DNA from: Octopus sinensis
Lineage: Eukaryota
DNA: 64,000 nucleotides
Direction of reading: 5' to 3'
Assembly: GCF_006345805.1 (NCBI RefSeq)
Contig: NC_043011.1
Span: 9,052,001 to 9,116,000, forward strand
Part shown: one piece after another, positions 34,966 through 47,779 of the stretch
How positions within the stretch are numbered: the first letter of the stretch is position 1
How the letters are laid out: each line of letters begins with the position of its first letter
The notes under the pieces: model-generated
The model's input: the letters and a program-made list of their open reading frames with translations, nothing else
What the model was told of the DNA's origin: nothing
The model's database searches: none
Position numbers and translations under genes: made by a program

Positions 34966-35889
34966 GGAGAGAATGAAGTGTATGCTTGTGTGCATATACG
35001 TGTGTATCAAAAGTTGAAATAGTTTGTGTGAGTGTTTATATGTACGTATGTACGTATTTATGTGTGTGTGTGCGTGCGTGTGACGCGTGTGTGTATGTGT
35101 ATGTGTGTATTTGTTCAATGGTTTAGTTAAAGGAGAAGCGGGCAGCATCTGTGATCCCTTTTCCAGGGTTTCTGTGTCAGGTGATGGGAAGGGAGGGAAG
35201 GAACAAGCCCCTCTCAGACTGGGAATCCGATCCAAACGTTTGCAACGAAATGGACCCCATCAAAGGAACTCAAGATGCGAAGCGATGGATTAAGTTCACC
35301 ATACCCTGTATAGTGTATTGAACCCTTCTGACGGGCTTCCGCACAGTTTTCGTCAGCTTTGGCTTTGATCAACCGCTGCTGATGTACAAATCACTTGTCC
35401 AAGATGCCGAGCGGTGGGATTGAACTAGAAACATACAGCTTTGAAGCGAATGTCTCAACCATGCAACCATGCCTGTGTCTCTAAGGGGAGATTTCCCCTA
35501 GATACAATATAGTCACGTGTTGTGACCCCTAGACAAGAAATGAAAGCACTGAATTGCCAACTTGATTCGCCTGCAAGTACTTCATCTATTGTGTTCACTT
35601 TCTGAATTATTATTTCGGACAATTTAGGGCATCGGCCCTAAAGGTCCATAAATACAATGTCCGCCCAAGTTTATTCGCCATTCTCAAAGATAAACCCCAT
35701 TCTCCATGCTTAACTCTTTTCAGAGCCATTTGATTAACTTGCCAAGCGAAAAATTTATTTTCAAAAACGTATGAGAGTTATCTCCCTTATACTGTATTAT
35801 TATTTTCTTTTTAATTACGAATTACGTTTATACATACATATCCGTAAGTTGATGATCGGAATGAATTTGTTCCTCCATTTTCTTATTTG

Positions 35890-36290
<401 letters not shown>

Positions 36291-37850
36291 AGATACGTTT
36301 CGACCAAAGATTGGTCCAGGCCATGTCTAACTTAATAGCACCACCTGATAGGATTATTTGAATCCTGTTTAAGTTAAGTTTTGTTTATGGTCCATTCATG
36401 TAGTGAGTTTTTGTTGGGTGAGTTGTATCCAATTATGGGTGGCTTATCTGGTATTCCTTGAAGGAATCTATCCAGACTCCGTTTAAAGTTGATGGGATCC
36501 TGTTCCTCTTTGATCTCTTTCGGGACAATGTTAAATAGGGCAGGGCCTGTTGAGGAAAAGAAATTATGTTGCAGTGTACATGTATGCTGTGATCGTGAAT
36601 TGGGCAGGGGACGTATGGCCCGTGGTCCCAGTCTTGGATGAACCTTGAAGCTAATGTTCAGGTCGTTTGGGCAAAGTTGGCGGTATATTCTCCACATCGT
36701 ACAAATGATGTACCGCTCATGGCGATGCTGGAGAGAGTAAAGTTTCTAGGCTTTAAGGCGATCCCAATAATCGAGAGCAGCCATGCCTTCAATTCGTTTA
36801 GTGAGTGCCCTCTGGGGTGACTCAATCCTGGAGATGTTTTGTCTTGTATGGGGAGACCACAGTGGGCAGCAGTATTCGAGGTGTGGCCGTACAAAGGAGG
36901 AGAAAAGTGGTATGATGACACCTTGTTCTCTGGACCGGAAAGTTCTTAAGATCCAGGAACTCATCCTACGAGCTATATCGACCTTCTTGTTGATGTGTGC
37001 ACTCCAACTGAGATCGTCATCAACAATTACACCCAGGTCTCTGGTATTGTTAGAGGCTGTGAGAGGTTCCCCTGAAGGAAGAGAGTATGGCTGTTTGAGT
37101 GAGGAATTTCTTCCAAAATGCATCAGCTCAAATTTTCCCTCGTTCAGTTGCATTTTGTTTCTGTCTGCCCATTGACTCACAGCATATAGATCAGACTAGA
37201 GTTGAGTTCGGTCTGCTTCTTCATTGACGATTTGCTGGAGCTTAGTGTCATCAGCAAATATTTTCACTTTGCAGTAATGTACGACTCTGGAAAGGTCGTT
37301 TATGTAAATTATGAAGAGTAGCGGACCCAAGACAGTCCCCTGGAGGACACCGCTGGTGACTTTTGCTGGGCTTGAGTGGACTCCATCAACTACAACATGT
37401 TGTGTTCTATTCGCCAGGAAATACTTAATCCAGTGTAGAACTTTTCCACGGATTCCAACATTTGCCAATTTCGAGAGTAGGATATTATGGTCAACCCTGT
37501 CGAACGCTTTACAGAAGTCAAGATATATGACATCAGAGTTCGAACCTGTTCCCAAGGCTCTGAGTACATCTTCAATGTGGTGTAAGAGCTGTGTTAGACA
37601 GTCCCTGCCACAGCGAAAGCCATGCTGATTTGCATTTAGGAGTTTGTGGGTCTCCAGGAAGTCAGCTATCCTTGATCTTAACACTCTTTCAAACACTTTA
37701 ATGATGTGGGAGGTGAGTGAGATTGGGCGATAGTTGACTGCGAGGGATCTGTTTCCCTGTTTGAAAACCGGGATGACCGACTGGGATAGAAACTGTTTCG
37801 GTATATAACCTGCGTCTAGCGAATTTCTCCAGAGGTTGGTCAGAGGGACT
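36291..37850 (-). mobile_element. 5'-truncated CR1/L2-group LINE
   Basis: NYRPISLTSHIIKVFE, QHGFR.GR.CLTQLL, YLDFCKAFDRVDH, GVLQGTVLGPLLF, FADDTKL, RDLGVIVD, VRPHLEYC. Structured 3' end. Confidence 0.92.
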
Positions 37851-39192
37851 GCAAGTTGGTGTCTACATATAATTTATATATGATTGAACGCCACGCTTCC
37901 ATTTCCAGGTTTATCTTATACACACACACACACTTATTTGCATATATACATACATATATACATACACGCGTGTGTGTATGCGTGTATACGTATGTATATA
38001 TATGTGTATATGTATGTAGGTATGTGTTTGTATATGAAGGAAATATTGATATGAGACACACGCTGAGTTACGTGTCAGGTTCGAAAAGTGAAACAATACT
38101 CGTAACGAGTTTCCAACTTTGAATTAGCAGATATGCTACCTCCCTCCCTCCCTCCCTATCTACCTACCTACCTACCTCCCTCCCTACCTCCCTACCTACC
38201 TACCTACCTACCTAACTACCTATCTACCTACCTACCTACCTTCCTACCTACCTAACCACCTACCTACCTACATACCTACCTACCTAACCACCTACCTACC
38301 TTCCTACCTTCCTACTTACCTTACGCTCCCTTAATAAGTCGACGCATATCCATTGTAAACTTCTTTAATAAACTTGGGTGTTTGGTGTCCGAACACCCAA
38401 GTTAGCCTATATCGTGTATCAGTACTCCTACACTAACCTGTGTTGGGTGGCTAAATTGAAGATGAGCAGCAATTATGGGTGTCGCTACCCGGTAAATCAC
38501 ACATTAATTAAATATTGCATGTCTTTGCCAGAAGAAAAAGATTCGTTCCACGTCGTTTTAGGAGACATGTGGGTGGTAAGTTGGAAGTATCGGAGTCTTG
38601 GTCACCATATGGTCAACAGAATGGACTCTGCTAAAGGCATCCAAGAACTGGGTAGTGACTGTGGTGAACCTGTTGGCAGGTTACGTCTACCCTGCCAGAA
38701 CAGGAACTGACCCACTACTCTTGACTCGCTTCCACAATTTCTTTCTACAAAATTTAGTTTTGTCTACATAAGGTTATGGCAGAATGCATTTGCCTAAGGG
38801 GACGTGCAGCTGAAGTGAACCCGAAACCTCGTGGTTTCGAAACGAGGTTTATAACCACATATCCATTCCTGTGTCCACTGAGAAACAAAATTTTAGAAAG
38901 ATTTCTCAGTGAACTCTCCTGTATTGTAAGTTGTGTTTGGACTTATTCCGGTTTACGCAGAAATAAATATCTAGGAAAATGACTGGGGTTTGAACCTGTA
39001 ACTGTAAGGTAACTAAACATCTATTTATAGAAATATGAATTGGAATGCCGAGTGTTAAAAAGGTTTGTTGTTGTTTGGTGTTGCCATGGAAGCAACGCTA
39101 TTCCAGTGACGGAATACCAAACTGTTAATTCAATATCAACTGAGATCGTTTTAGAGAATGTGGTGTGTTTGAAACAGAAATGAAAAGAGAAT

Positions 39193-39241
<49 letters not shown>

Positions 39242-39492
39242 GGAGGAAACAGAGGCAGCACACACACGCAGGTACACATACACACACATGCACCCCCACA
39301 CATACATACGCACACATACACAAACGGGTATATATATATATATATATATATATACATACATACAGAGAGGAAGACAGAAAGAGAGAAAGCGAGATAAAGA
39401 AAGAGAAATAGGGTAGAGAGACAGACAGAGAAAAATATGGGGAGAGAAATAGGGAAAAGAGAGAGAAGGGCATTTAAGAAGATAAATAGATA

Positions 39493-40131
39493 TGTTTCTT
39501 TATTAGCCACACAGGGCTGCACACAGACGGGACAGATTACAAAGTAGAGCTTTTCTACTTTTCGGGGAAAAAAAAGGTGGGGTAGGTTGTCGATCAAAAC
39601 GGATCATAAAAGGGAAAGAAAAAAAAAGGAAAGAAACAAAAGAAAAGAAAAAAGAAGAAAAAACGATCAATAGGGATCGTGTATCACAGTATCCTGATGT
39701 AAAGTGTAAAGGGGGAAGTAGATAAGGTTTATCCGTGGGAAGAAAAGCCTACGGAAAAGGCCACGGTAACCTCGGTCAATATTGTTACATGTTACCACAT
39801 TTGTTTGCGAGTAGGTAACCCTCTGTTTTAAATTTTCCGGGTTCGTAGGATTATGCTCAAGGTGGCTTCGTCATTCATACGTGCCATCCTTGCTACATTC
39901 ACCCATCTTTTTTTGAAACATTCGCTAGACAAAACTTGCCTCTTTACTCTCACTTTCCTTTTCAAGTGATACTTGAAGAAGTTGATGAGAGATTGACCTG
40001 AGAGGACAGTGTTTGTCTCCAATCCTTTCAGACGCGTCCACCAGATACATTCTTTCGCCATAGCCACAAGGATGATGAAAATAGCTCTTCCTTCCCGTTT
40101 GAAGGGAGGAGGCGTGACAATATTGACGATT
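39493..40131 (-). mobile_element. 3' end of an L1/Tx1-like LINE (ORF2 C-terminus, 3' UTR, AATAAA)
   Basis: Open ~100-aa frame ...FIILVAMAKECIWWTR...INFFKYHL..KVRV.R..L..ECF.KRW.... The 3' UTR is homologous to 54960-55420. Confidence 0.7.
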
Positions 40132-40144
40132 AAAAGTAACGAGC

Positions 40145-40216
40145 CTCCCCGGCGGGGAATCGAACCCCGGTCTCCCGCGTGACAGGCGGGGATACTTATC
40201 ACTATACTACCGAGGA
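40145..40216 (-). tRNA. trnD-GTC: tRNA-Asp (GTC), variant or possible retrocopy
   Basis: TCCTCGGTAGTATAGTGATAAGTATCCCCGCCTGTCACGCGGGAGACCGGGGTTCGATTCCCCGCCGGGGAG. Stems pair, but the D-loop has GA instead of the invariant GG. TTTT lies about 10 nt downstream. Confidence 0.88.
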
Positions 40217-40236
40217 TCAGATAAATAGATAGATGA

Positions 40237-40284
<48 letters not shown>

Positions 40285-40288
40285 ATAT

Positions 40289-40376
<88 letters not shown>

Positions 40377-40505
40377 TACATATATATATATATATTATAT
40401 ATATATTTATCAATATAGGGTAGCAAAAAATTCAGTAGAAATTATTTGCCACCAGCGGCCTAGTGGGAAAAAAAGGAAATAGTCAGAGACTATTAAGATA
40501 GATAA

Positions 40506-40581
<76 letters not shown>

Positions 40582-40601
40582 ATAACTAGATAGATAGATG
40601 A

Positions 40602-40682
<81 letters not shown>

Positions 40683-40735
40683 CAAACGAGCAAACAGAAA
40701 ATATGTACAAGTGTCTACACGCGCGCTCACACATA

Positions 40736-41598
40736 CAGAGTGTGGTGAATAAACTGTCGTCTAAATTACGTAAAAATGAAAACAACACTGAGATCCCATT
40801 TTAACAGATTTATTTACCAAAATTACATAAAAATATCTTGAAATACTAAAGAGTAAATTTATTCCAAAAAACCTCCATTGGCTTCAACCGCGGCCGCCAA
40901 ACGACTTCGGAATCTCCTGCAGCTCTTCTGGACGGTCTCCTTGTTGAAGTTGGTGAATGCTGCCATAATCCTTGCCTTCAGTTCATCTTCGGTGTTACAA
41001 GGAGATTTGTTGGTCTCTCGCTCAACTGTACCCTGCACATCATAATGAAGGGGGTTGCAGTCTGGGAAGTTAGGTGGCCAGATGTTAGGGGTGGTGTGGT
41101 GGCAGAAATTGTCTGACAGCCATGACTGGGTTCTCCTGCTTGTGTGGCATGGTGCAGAGTTCTGTTGCCAAATATAGGGTCGCTTCACATAGAGTAGCAC
41201 TACCTCCTTCATGCACTTGATATGGCCTCCGTGTTGAGTCTGAGGCCATGTGGGAAGATGAATGGAGGCATAACGTCGCCATCACCGGTGATCATTCCGA
41301 ACACCTTCCTAATCCCCATTAGACTCATCCAGCTCTTTTAGAATCCTCTGCACCGTCCCCAGATTGACACCCAAACACTCTGAAATGTTTGTGGTGGAGA
41401 TTCCGGTTCGAATGCTAAGCAGTACAGCATGTCATTTCCAAATTTCTATCAAAGTGAATTGCGCCATGGTGTTGTTTTTCTCACAGACAGTACCCAACTG
41501 ACCCTACTATACTGAGTAGTCGACAAAATCAATAATAAACAAAGCGCACGCGCAAAACTGAAAATATAAAATGACGACAATTCACCCATCGTACCCTG
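40736..41598 (-). mobile_element. Internally deleted Tc1/mariner (DD37D, maT-like) transposon
   Basis: WQQ(N)SAPCH...WPPNFPDCNPL(H)Y has 37 aa between the last two catalytic positions, both mutated. Imperfect TIRs CAG(A/G)GT...TGTCGTC, with TA on the left. Confidence 0.82.
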
Positions 41599-41774
41599 TG
41601 TGTGTGTGTGTTTGTGTATGACTATAATAATAATAAATAATTTGGATCAATAAGTATAAGTTGATTAGTGTGTTTAAAAGGTGAGTAGAGCACCTGTCCA
41701 GTTTGAGCTACCTGTTGTCGTGGTGCACTTCTCTTGGGTCTACTTCAGGAACTCCGCTGTAGCAGTTAGGATAA

Positions 41775-42111
41775 TAGTATTAATTAATAGATTTCGTATT
41801 AGACCTTTATTGGGTACAACGTATGTTTCGACCCATCAGTGTGAGTCTCTTCAGGTACATTGATTAAAAAGTCTCACAAGATATTTTTTGTGTCGCCTGG
41901 CTTGTTATAAGTCCATCAAGTTAAAAAATGAATAAAAGCAAATCATTATTCGTTCTCTAATTTGATGGCCTTATAACAACAAGCCAGACGACACTAAAAA
42001 TCGCTAGTGAGACATCTTTATCAATGTAGCTGAAGAGAGCCAGACTGATGGGTCGAAACATGTACCTAATAAAAGTTTAATACGAAATCTATCTCCTGTT
42101 AATTAATACTA
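41775..42111. mobile_element. Inverted duplication of a Penelope-like terminal repeat (arms about 145 bp)
   Basis: 41775-41919 is complementary to 41962-42111, and each arm holds a hammerhead core. Confidence 0.72.
41814..41858 (-). ncRNA. Type I hammerhead ribozyme motif in a Penelope-like inverted terminus
   Basis: GTAC-CTGAAGA-GACTCA(CACTGA)TGGGTC-GAAAC-ATAC-GTT-GTAC. Intact core and three stems. Confidence 0.72.
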
Positions 42112-42283
42112 AATATATATATATTATTTATTAAAATTTTATGTATTGATTAAGTCTTTCCTTGTTTGTTTTGCAAAATAGTGGTTTTGTCTCTAATAAT
42201 ATTTTATAATATTTTACTATAAAATTGGATTTAATCCTAAATCTGATTTTTTCCCTGTAAATTTGGATTTATTCCCTAATATT

Positions 42284-42325
<42 letters not shown>

Positions 42326-42326
<1 letters not shown>

Positions 42327-42695
42327 GGAGTGGCTGTATGGTAAGTAGCTTGATTGCCAGCCGCATGGTTCCGGGTTCAGTCCCACTGTGCGGCACCTTG
42401 GGCAAGTGTCTTCTACTATAGCCTCAGGCCGATCAAAGCTTGGTTAGTGGATTTGGTAGACGGAAAGTGAACAAAGCCTGTCTTTTACACACACACACCA
42501 CACACACACATGTATGCTTGTGTGTCTGTGTTTGTCTCCTCCACCATCGCTTGACAACTGATGTTGGTGTGTTTACGTCCCCGAAACTTAGCGGTTCGGA
42601 TTATGCGATCGATAGAATAAGTACTAGGCTTACAAAGTCCTGGGCTTGATTTCTGCCGCAGTCAAATGACTTAAACAAATAAAAGAATAAAAAAG
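42326..42695 (+). mobile_element. Full-length family A SINE
   Basis: Head AGGAGTGGCTGTATGGTAAG..., B-box GGTTCAGTCCC, CORE-like centre, internal (CA)/(TG), AT-rich end. Other copies at about 50325-51066(-) and 62925-63530(-). Confidence 0.87.
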
Positions 42696-43420
42696 AAAAA
42701 TATATATACATCTAGAGAGAGAGAGGAAAGAGAGAGAGGGAGAGAGAGCGACTGATAGTGAGTATATGTGATAAAGAGAGTGATTTTTGAGTGAGGAATC
42801 GTAAACTATTCCTCGCCTCTTTTCCCAACAATTTGACTTAAATATGCAGCTTGAGAGGTCTGCGAATGTTCAATATTGAATTCTTCAGAATAAATATAAG
42901 ACATTATAACCATTCTTTATGATCATGAATCAATAATTCGTTCATTGCGTTCTTTCAATGCCTACACCACACTAAATGGATATATTCTACCGTTTGTGGT
43001 GCCAGGTAAGCAAAGAATGGAAAACAACATTGTTGTTGTTGTTTTTTTTTACCTTTTCGCGTTTTTCATCACCCTCAGTAATCGGTGCCGTTCTTTTCCC
43101 AGTTCTTTTTCTTATTTCAAAACCTTATCATCCTTCTTTTCGCAGCTGCATTCTTCCCGATTGCTAAAAACGCCCACCTTTGCATTTATTTGGTAAATAT
43201 AGTCTTTTAGTAACCAACTCTCCATCGTTGATGATATATTCCAACACAGTTTGTATGTATGCAAGCATATATACACATACATATAGATACATACACACAC
43301 ACGCATACACACATACACGCATACACACATACATACACACATATATATACACACATATGCATATATATATATACATATATATACACATGTATGTATATAC
43401 ATATACACACATACATATAT

Positions 43421-43451
<31 letters not shown>

Positions 43452-43464
43452 CACATATACATAT

Positions 43465-43495
<31 letters not shown>

Positions 43496-43563
43496 CACAC
43501 ATATGCATATATATACATATATATACACATATATGTATATATACACACATACATATATATACG

Positions 43564-43595
<32 letters not shown>

Positions 43596-43603
43596 CACAC
43601 ATA

Positions 43604-43653
<50 letters not shown>

Positions 43654-43984
43654 TATATATATATACACACACACACACATATATATATATACACACATGT
43701 ATACGCACAAATATATATATATGTATGTATATGTGTCCACTCGTGGACAAGTACATACTCCCTCCCTCACACACATAGACTTATATACACATATCTACGT
43801 CCACAAACTAAATAAATATGCATATACATGTTTACGTGTATACACACATGTACGAGTCTGCCTATGTCTAGGTGAATGTATTCACTTACGCGTGTGGGTG
43901 TGCGGGAATGCCTATGTGTATACACATGTGGGGACGGGTATATGTGTATAGGATCTGTATAGTAAATTTCCATTATATAGAAAC

Positions 43985-44280
43985 CACCAGCACCACCACC
44001 ACCACCACCGCCACCACCACCACCACCACCACCACCACCACCACCACCACCACCACCACCACCACCGCCACCACCACCACCACCACCACCGCCACCACCA
44101 CCGCCACCACCACCACCGCCGCCGCCGCCACCACCACCATCACCCACCACCGCCACCACCACCACCACCACCACCACCACCGCCACCACCACCACCACCA
44201 CCACCGCCACCACCACCACCACTACCACCCAGCACCACCACCACCACCACCACCACCACCACCATCACCACCACCCGTGG
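43985..44280. repeat. (CCA)n trinucleotide array
   Basis: About 295 bp of CCA/CCG. Source of the spurious poly-G/T/H ORFs. Confidence 0.97.
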
Positions 44281-44418
44281 GGGTGCTGCTCTATCTTCCA
44301 GTATTCTTTTTTGTCTTTAATACGTAAATTGTGTATTTTCAAATTAAACATATTTATCGTCCTAAAATATTTTACAACGCTTTATATGGGACTAGGTTCA
44401 TTACTTTACCGCGTTTAA

Positions 44419-44456
<38 letters not shown>

Positions 44457-44689
44457 TATCAAAATAAAAGATTGGAAAATGTTTGGTATTATTTATTTTC
44501 CAATCTCGCTGTTTTGATATTATTCCTCTGCAGAAAATCTCCCCCCCCCCCCAGTATTTTCAGTTCTTATGCACACCTGACACAATCATAACACGGATTT
44601 GGAAAACTGAAATAGACAGATGTGCATCAAGAGGACACAGCTTGCGTTTTTACCCCATCTACATATTATGTGTGTGTGTGTGTATATCT

Positions 44690-47110
44690 TCTACTTTTTA
44701 ATTGTTATAAATCTTCCACTGAGGAGGGTGCCGGTTTCCAACAAAGATACAAGGCTCCATCTTTGGGATGTTGTTAACACAGATAAATTCACATTTGGAA
44801 CTTGAGAAAAGTCTTGCATATTTTTACTGTTCCACTCACAGATTGCACTTGTAATGTACGAATCAACTGGTCAATTTCTCTTTCTGAAAATCCCAGCTTA
44901 TCCAGATTCTCCTTTACACATTTACTAACAAAACCTAATGCTCCAATTATTATTGGTATGAATATGAATTCATAGTCTGGATATAGAAACTGGAGGTTTC
45001 GAAACGGTTGTCCATAGATATCCTCTTTCTCTTTGATTTTCAAAGAGATATTTATATCTGCAGAGCAGCTAACCTCTATGACGGTTCATACCTTTGCCCC
45101 TCGGTTCCAAACAACAATATCCGGCCTGTTATGTTTACATTGACAGATGTTTTGATGGCATTATTCCACCAGTATTCCTTGAATTGGTATTTATAAATGT
45201 ACTAGCAACATAGCCCGGCGTTGCCCGGGTATGTAAGAGCCCCTAGTAGGCAACGATTCATCCCAATCTAGTCCTTTCCCTCTAGGGAACGAAGGCGCAT
45301 GTGTAGGTTGAAATGTCTTCTCTTCACTCCCAAATAACTATCAAACAGCTATCGATAATTCAACCCAACCAATTCCTACCAGGAAGTAATTACATTCGAG
45401 ACTTTACCTCCAGTGGGTTCACCTGGTCTTCTTCTAATAGCTTCTGCTAATAGCTGCTGCAGCCGCAAGTTATTCGAATACTGTTTTTGTTTAAACTTTC
45501 TTTATAACTACCACCCCAAACGTTTTAACTTAAATTTTTGACGTACCCTAAGGGTCCTCGGACGCTACTTGCAAACTCTTCGTTTATTATAAACCGCTTT
45601 TGTCGTGTGCACCAAAAAACCTTTTCCATTCGTTTGTTCAGTTTGGTCACTTTTGACTTTTTCGTTGTTGTCACTCACATTGCTGCCCGCTTTTTTGCCG
45701 TTTTTGTACATTTTTATACATTTTGGGATACTTACCCCACGTGTTCCGAGAGTTAAAAAGGTCGAGTTGCGTCCCCTAGACAGTCTGTGGTTTGTGTTTA
45801 ATACACAAATCGGTTTGCTATGTGTGCCACATATGATTTAATTAACCGATTTTTTTCCAGTAATAAAGTATCCTATTGGAATAAAAAGGGCCATATAGCT
45901 CCTTGGAGCAGACATGATGCTCGCTGTGAATTTAAAAAAAAATTCCTGCCAATTTGTGAAAGATATTGTTGAAAATATGTCATCTTGAATTTGAACGCGA
46001 TTTCCCAAAATGGCATGATTTTATCGATTTTTCCTGATGGTAAGGTATTGCATGGCAAACTAACGTCAGAATTAAGTTTCTTAGGGTAACATTAAGCTTC
46101 ACCATGAGTTTGGTGAAAATCGATTGCAAGTTGCGAAAACTACAACAGAAAATGTGTTGCATATAAAAAGCTTAGATTCTCGATCCCATGTCGAATTTAT
46201 CGATATTTTTCAGAACTGGAGGAACTTTTCAAAGTTTTCGCTGCGTTATAACATTGGGCTATGTGTGTGTCAAGTTTCATCAGAATCGGTTGAAAGCCGT
46301 GGTCAGGGTGAGGGTACAACCTGACAGACACACAGACAGACAAACTGCCGTTTATAAAGAGAGAGATTCCATAACAGAGGGATTTTCTAAGTTTATTTCA
46401 GGACAGTCTTTTTCGCGGATGGCATTGTAAATTGTTTTAGCCACAAGATCGCGCCGCGTAGGGAGGTGGCACCGTGACGACATTTTAGGACAGCTGCTAG
46501 TCACATGTATAATGTCTTTCACAGAAACATGACATAGCCTACACATGGGGTTGCACTTTGGGATTACAAGAGCATCACTGTCTCTCTTGTTCATCAGGTA
46601 CTTTGTGGTAATCTCCTATTCCTGGATTGCAAACGCAAAGCCTTCAAAGTGTGATGTGATGTAGTGGTCTTGTGTCCAAGAGAGGCTGCGCTTCGTGTTA
46701 ATTCTACTGTCTTCTTCAAGCTTCCGAGCAACATACCCATGCATAGTCTCTTTTTTTTTGTATGCTGAGTGCTTTCCATCCAGGCCTTCTCTGAGGTAAC
46801 AGAGCCCAGATGTTTTGGGGCCATAGAGGAGATCATCAGGAAGAGAGTTTCTTGAGGAGTTCACTGCCAACTCGTACAATGTTTCTCACTTCACTTTTCA
46901 GGACTGCATCATTTATATATTTATTTTTGCTGCTGCTGTTTAGCAGGTGCTGCCTGAGTGTGATACCAAACGGCATTCATTCGAAGGCCGTCTGCACTGA
47001 TCTCAGGCCTCTACAACCTTCATTTCTTCTTAGGTAGAGTCTGTCAACATCACTATTTCTGTGGAAGTTCCCAGTTGTCAGGATTTTGCGGGTTTTTGAT
47101 ATCTATGGAG
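44690..47110 (-). mobile_element. R4-like (RLE) LINE 3' half interrupted by a Helitron
   Basis: GNFHRNSDVDRLYL, MHGYVARKLE, CRLCHVS.KDI.HVTSSCP, NRPDIVVW, FIPIIIGALG...KICKTFLK. The frame rejoins across 45202-46366. Confidence 0.85.
45202..46366 (-). mobile_element. Non-autonomous Helitron
   Basis: 5' TC, 3' CTAG and a subterminal hairpin CCCGG-GCAACG-CCGGG. Inserted at A|T with no TSD. Confidence 0.85.
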
Positions 47111-47269
47111 TGGATTTCCTCTATGTATGTATGTATGTATGTATGTATGTATGTATGTATGTATGTATGTATGTATGTATGTATGTATGTACGTATGTGT
47201 GTATGTACGTATGTGTGTATGTATGTGCAGATTTGTATGTTTTATGTATGTATTCTCATGCATATAGTT

Positions 47270-47775
47270 GCATATCTAAACATGCGCATATATATTTAAA
47301 TGATAGATTTCTAGAAAGTTTTACAGATTTTTTACAGTTCCAGTGATGGATTGGATCTGTAGTCTTCGAATCAGCTTTTCCTTTCTGGTTTTGAGAAACC
47401 TAATTTCTCAAGAATGGTATTTAGGCAGTGTGTTACACATCCCAGGGCCCCAATAATTACAGGTATAAACCTGAACTTGTAATCTGGATAGAGTAATTGC
47501 AGATGTCTCAATAGTTCAGCGTAGGTGTTCTCCTTTTCACTGATCTTCAGCTTTGTGCTAAAATCCGCTGGGCAGCTAATTTCCACCACTGTGCACAGTT
47601 TCTCTTCTCTGTCCCAAATCATTATATCAGGTCTGTTGTGCTTACATTTTATTTAGGTCTTCACTAGGACATTCCACCAGTACTCCTTTTTATTATGGCT
47701 TCTACCATACTGCGGGTTCTTATTTCTTTGTCCTCGGGGTTATCTCTCCGACGGATTTCATTATAGAGAAACATA
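47270..47775 (-). mobile_element. Second R4-like RLE LINE 3' fragment
   Basis: NRPDIMIWDREEKLCTVVEISCPAD...KENTY..LLR.LQLLYPDYKFRFIPVIIGALG. Confidence 0.83.
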
Positions 47776-47779
47776 CCAG

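Noticed and set aside
36295-36322. Stem plus GAAAC-GTA resembling half a hammerhead
   Set aside because: No CUGANGA upstream; better explained as the LINE 3' stem-loop shared with the SINE tail.
38340-38760. 13-bp hairpin AACTTGGGTGTT..AACACCCAAGTT with a TGGTGTCC PBS-like string
   Set aside because: No paired LTR, no CA terminus and no recognisable gag/pol; left unassigned.
43112-44327. Several 150-230-aa IYIY/THTH/poly-G/poly-T ORFs (also at 7.4-8.0, 30.8-31.2, 35.8-36.3, 55.0-55.7 and 61.2-61.7 kb)
   Set aside because: Stop-free reading of di-, tri- and tetranucleotide microsatellites.
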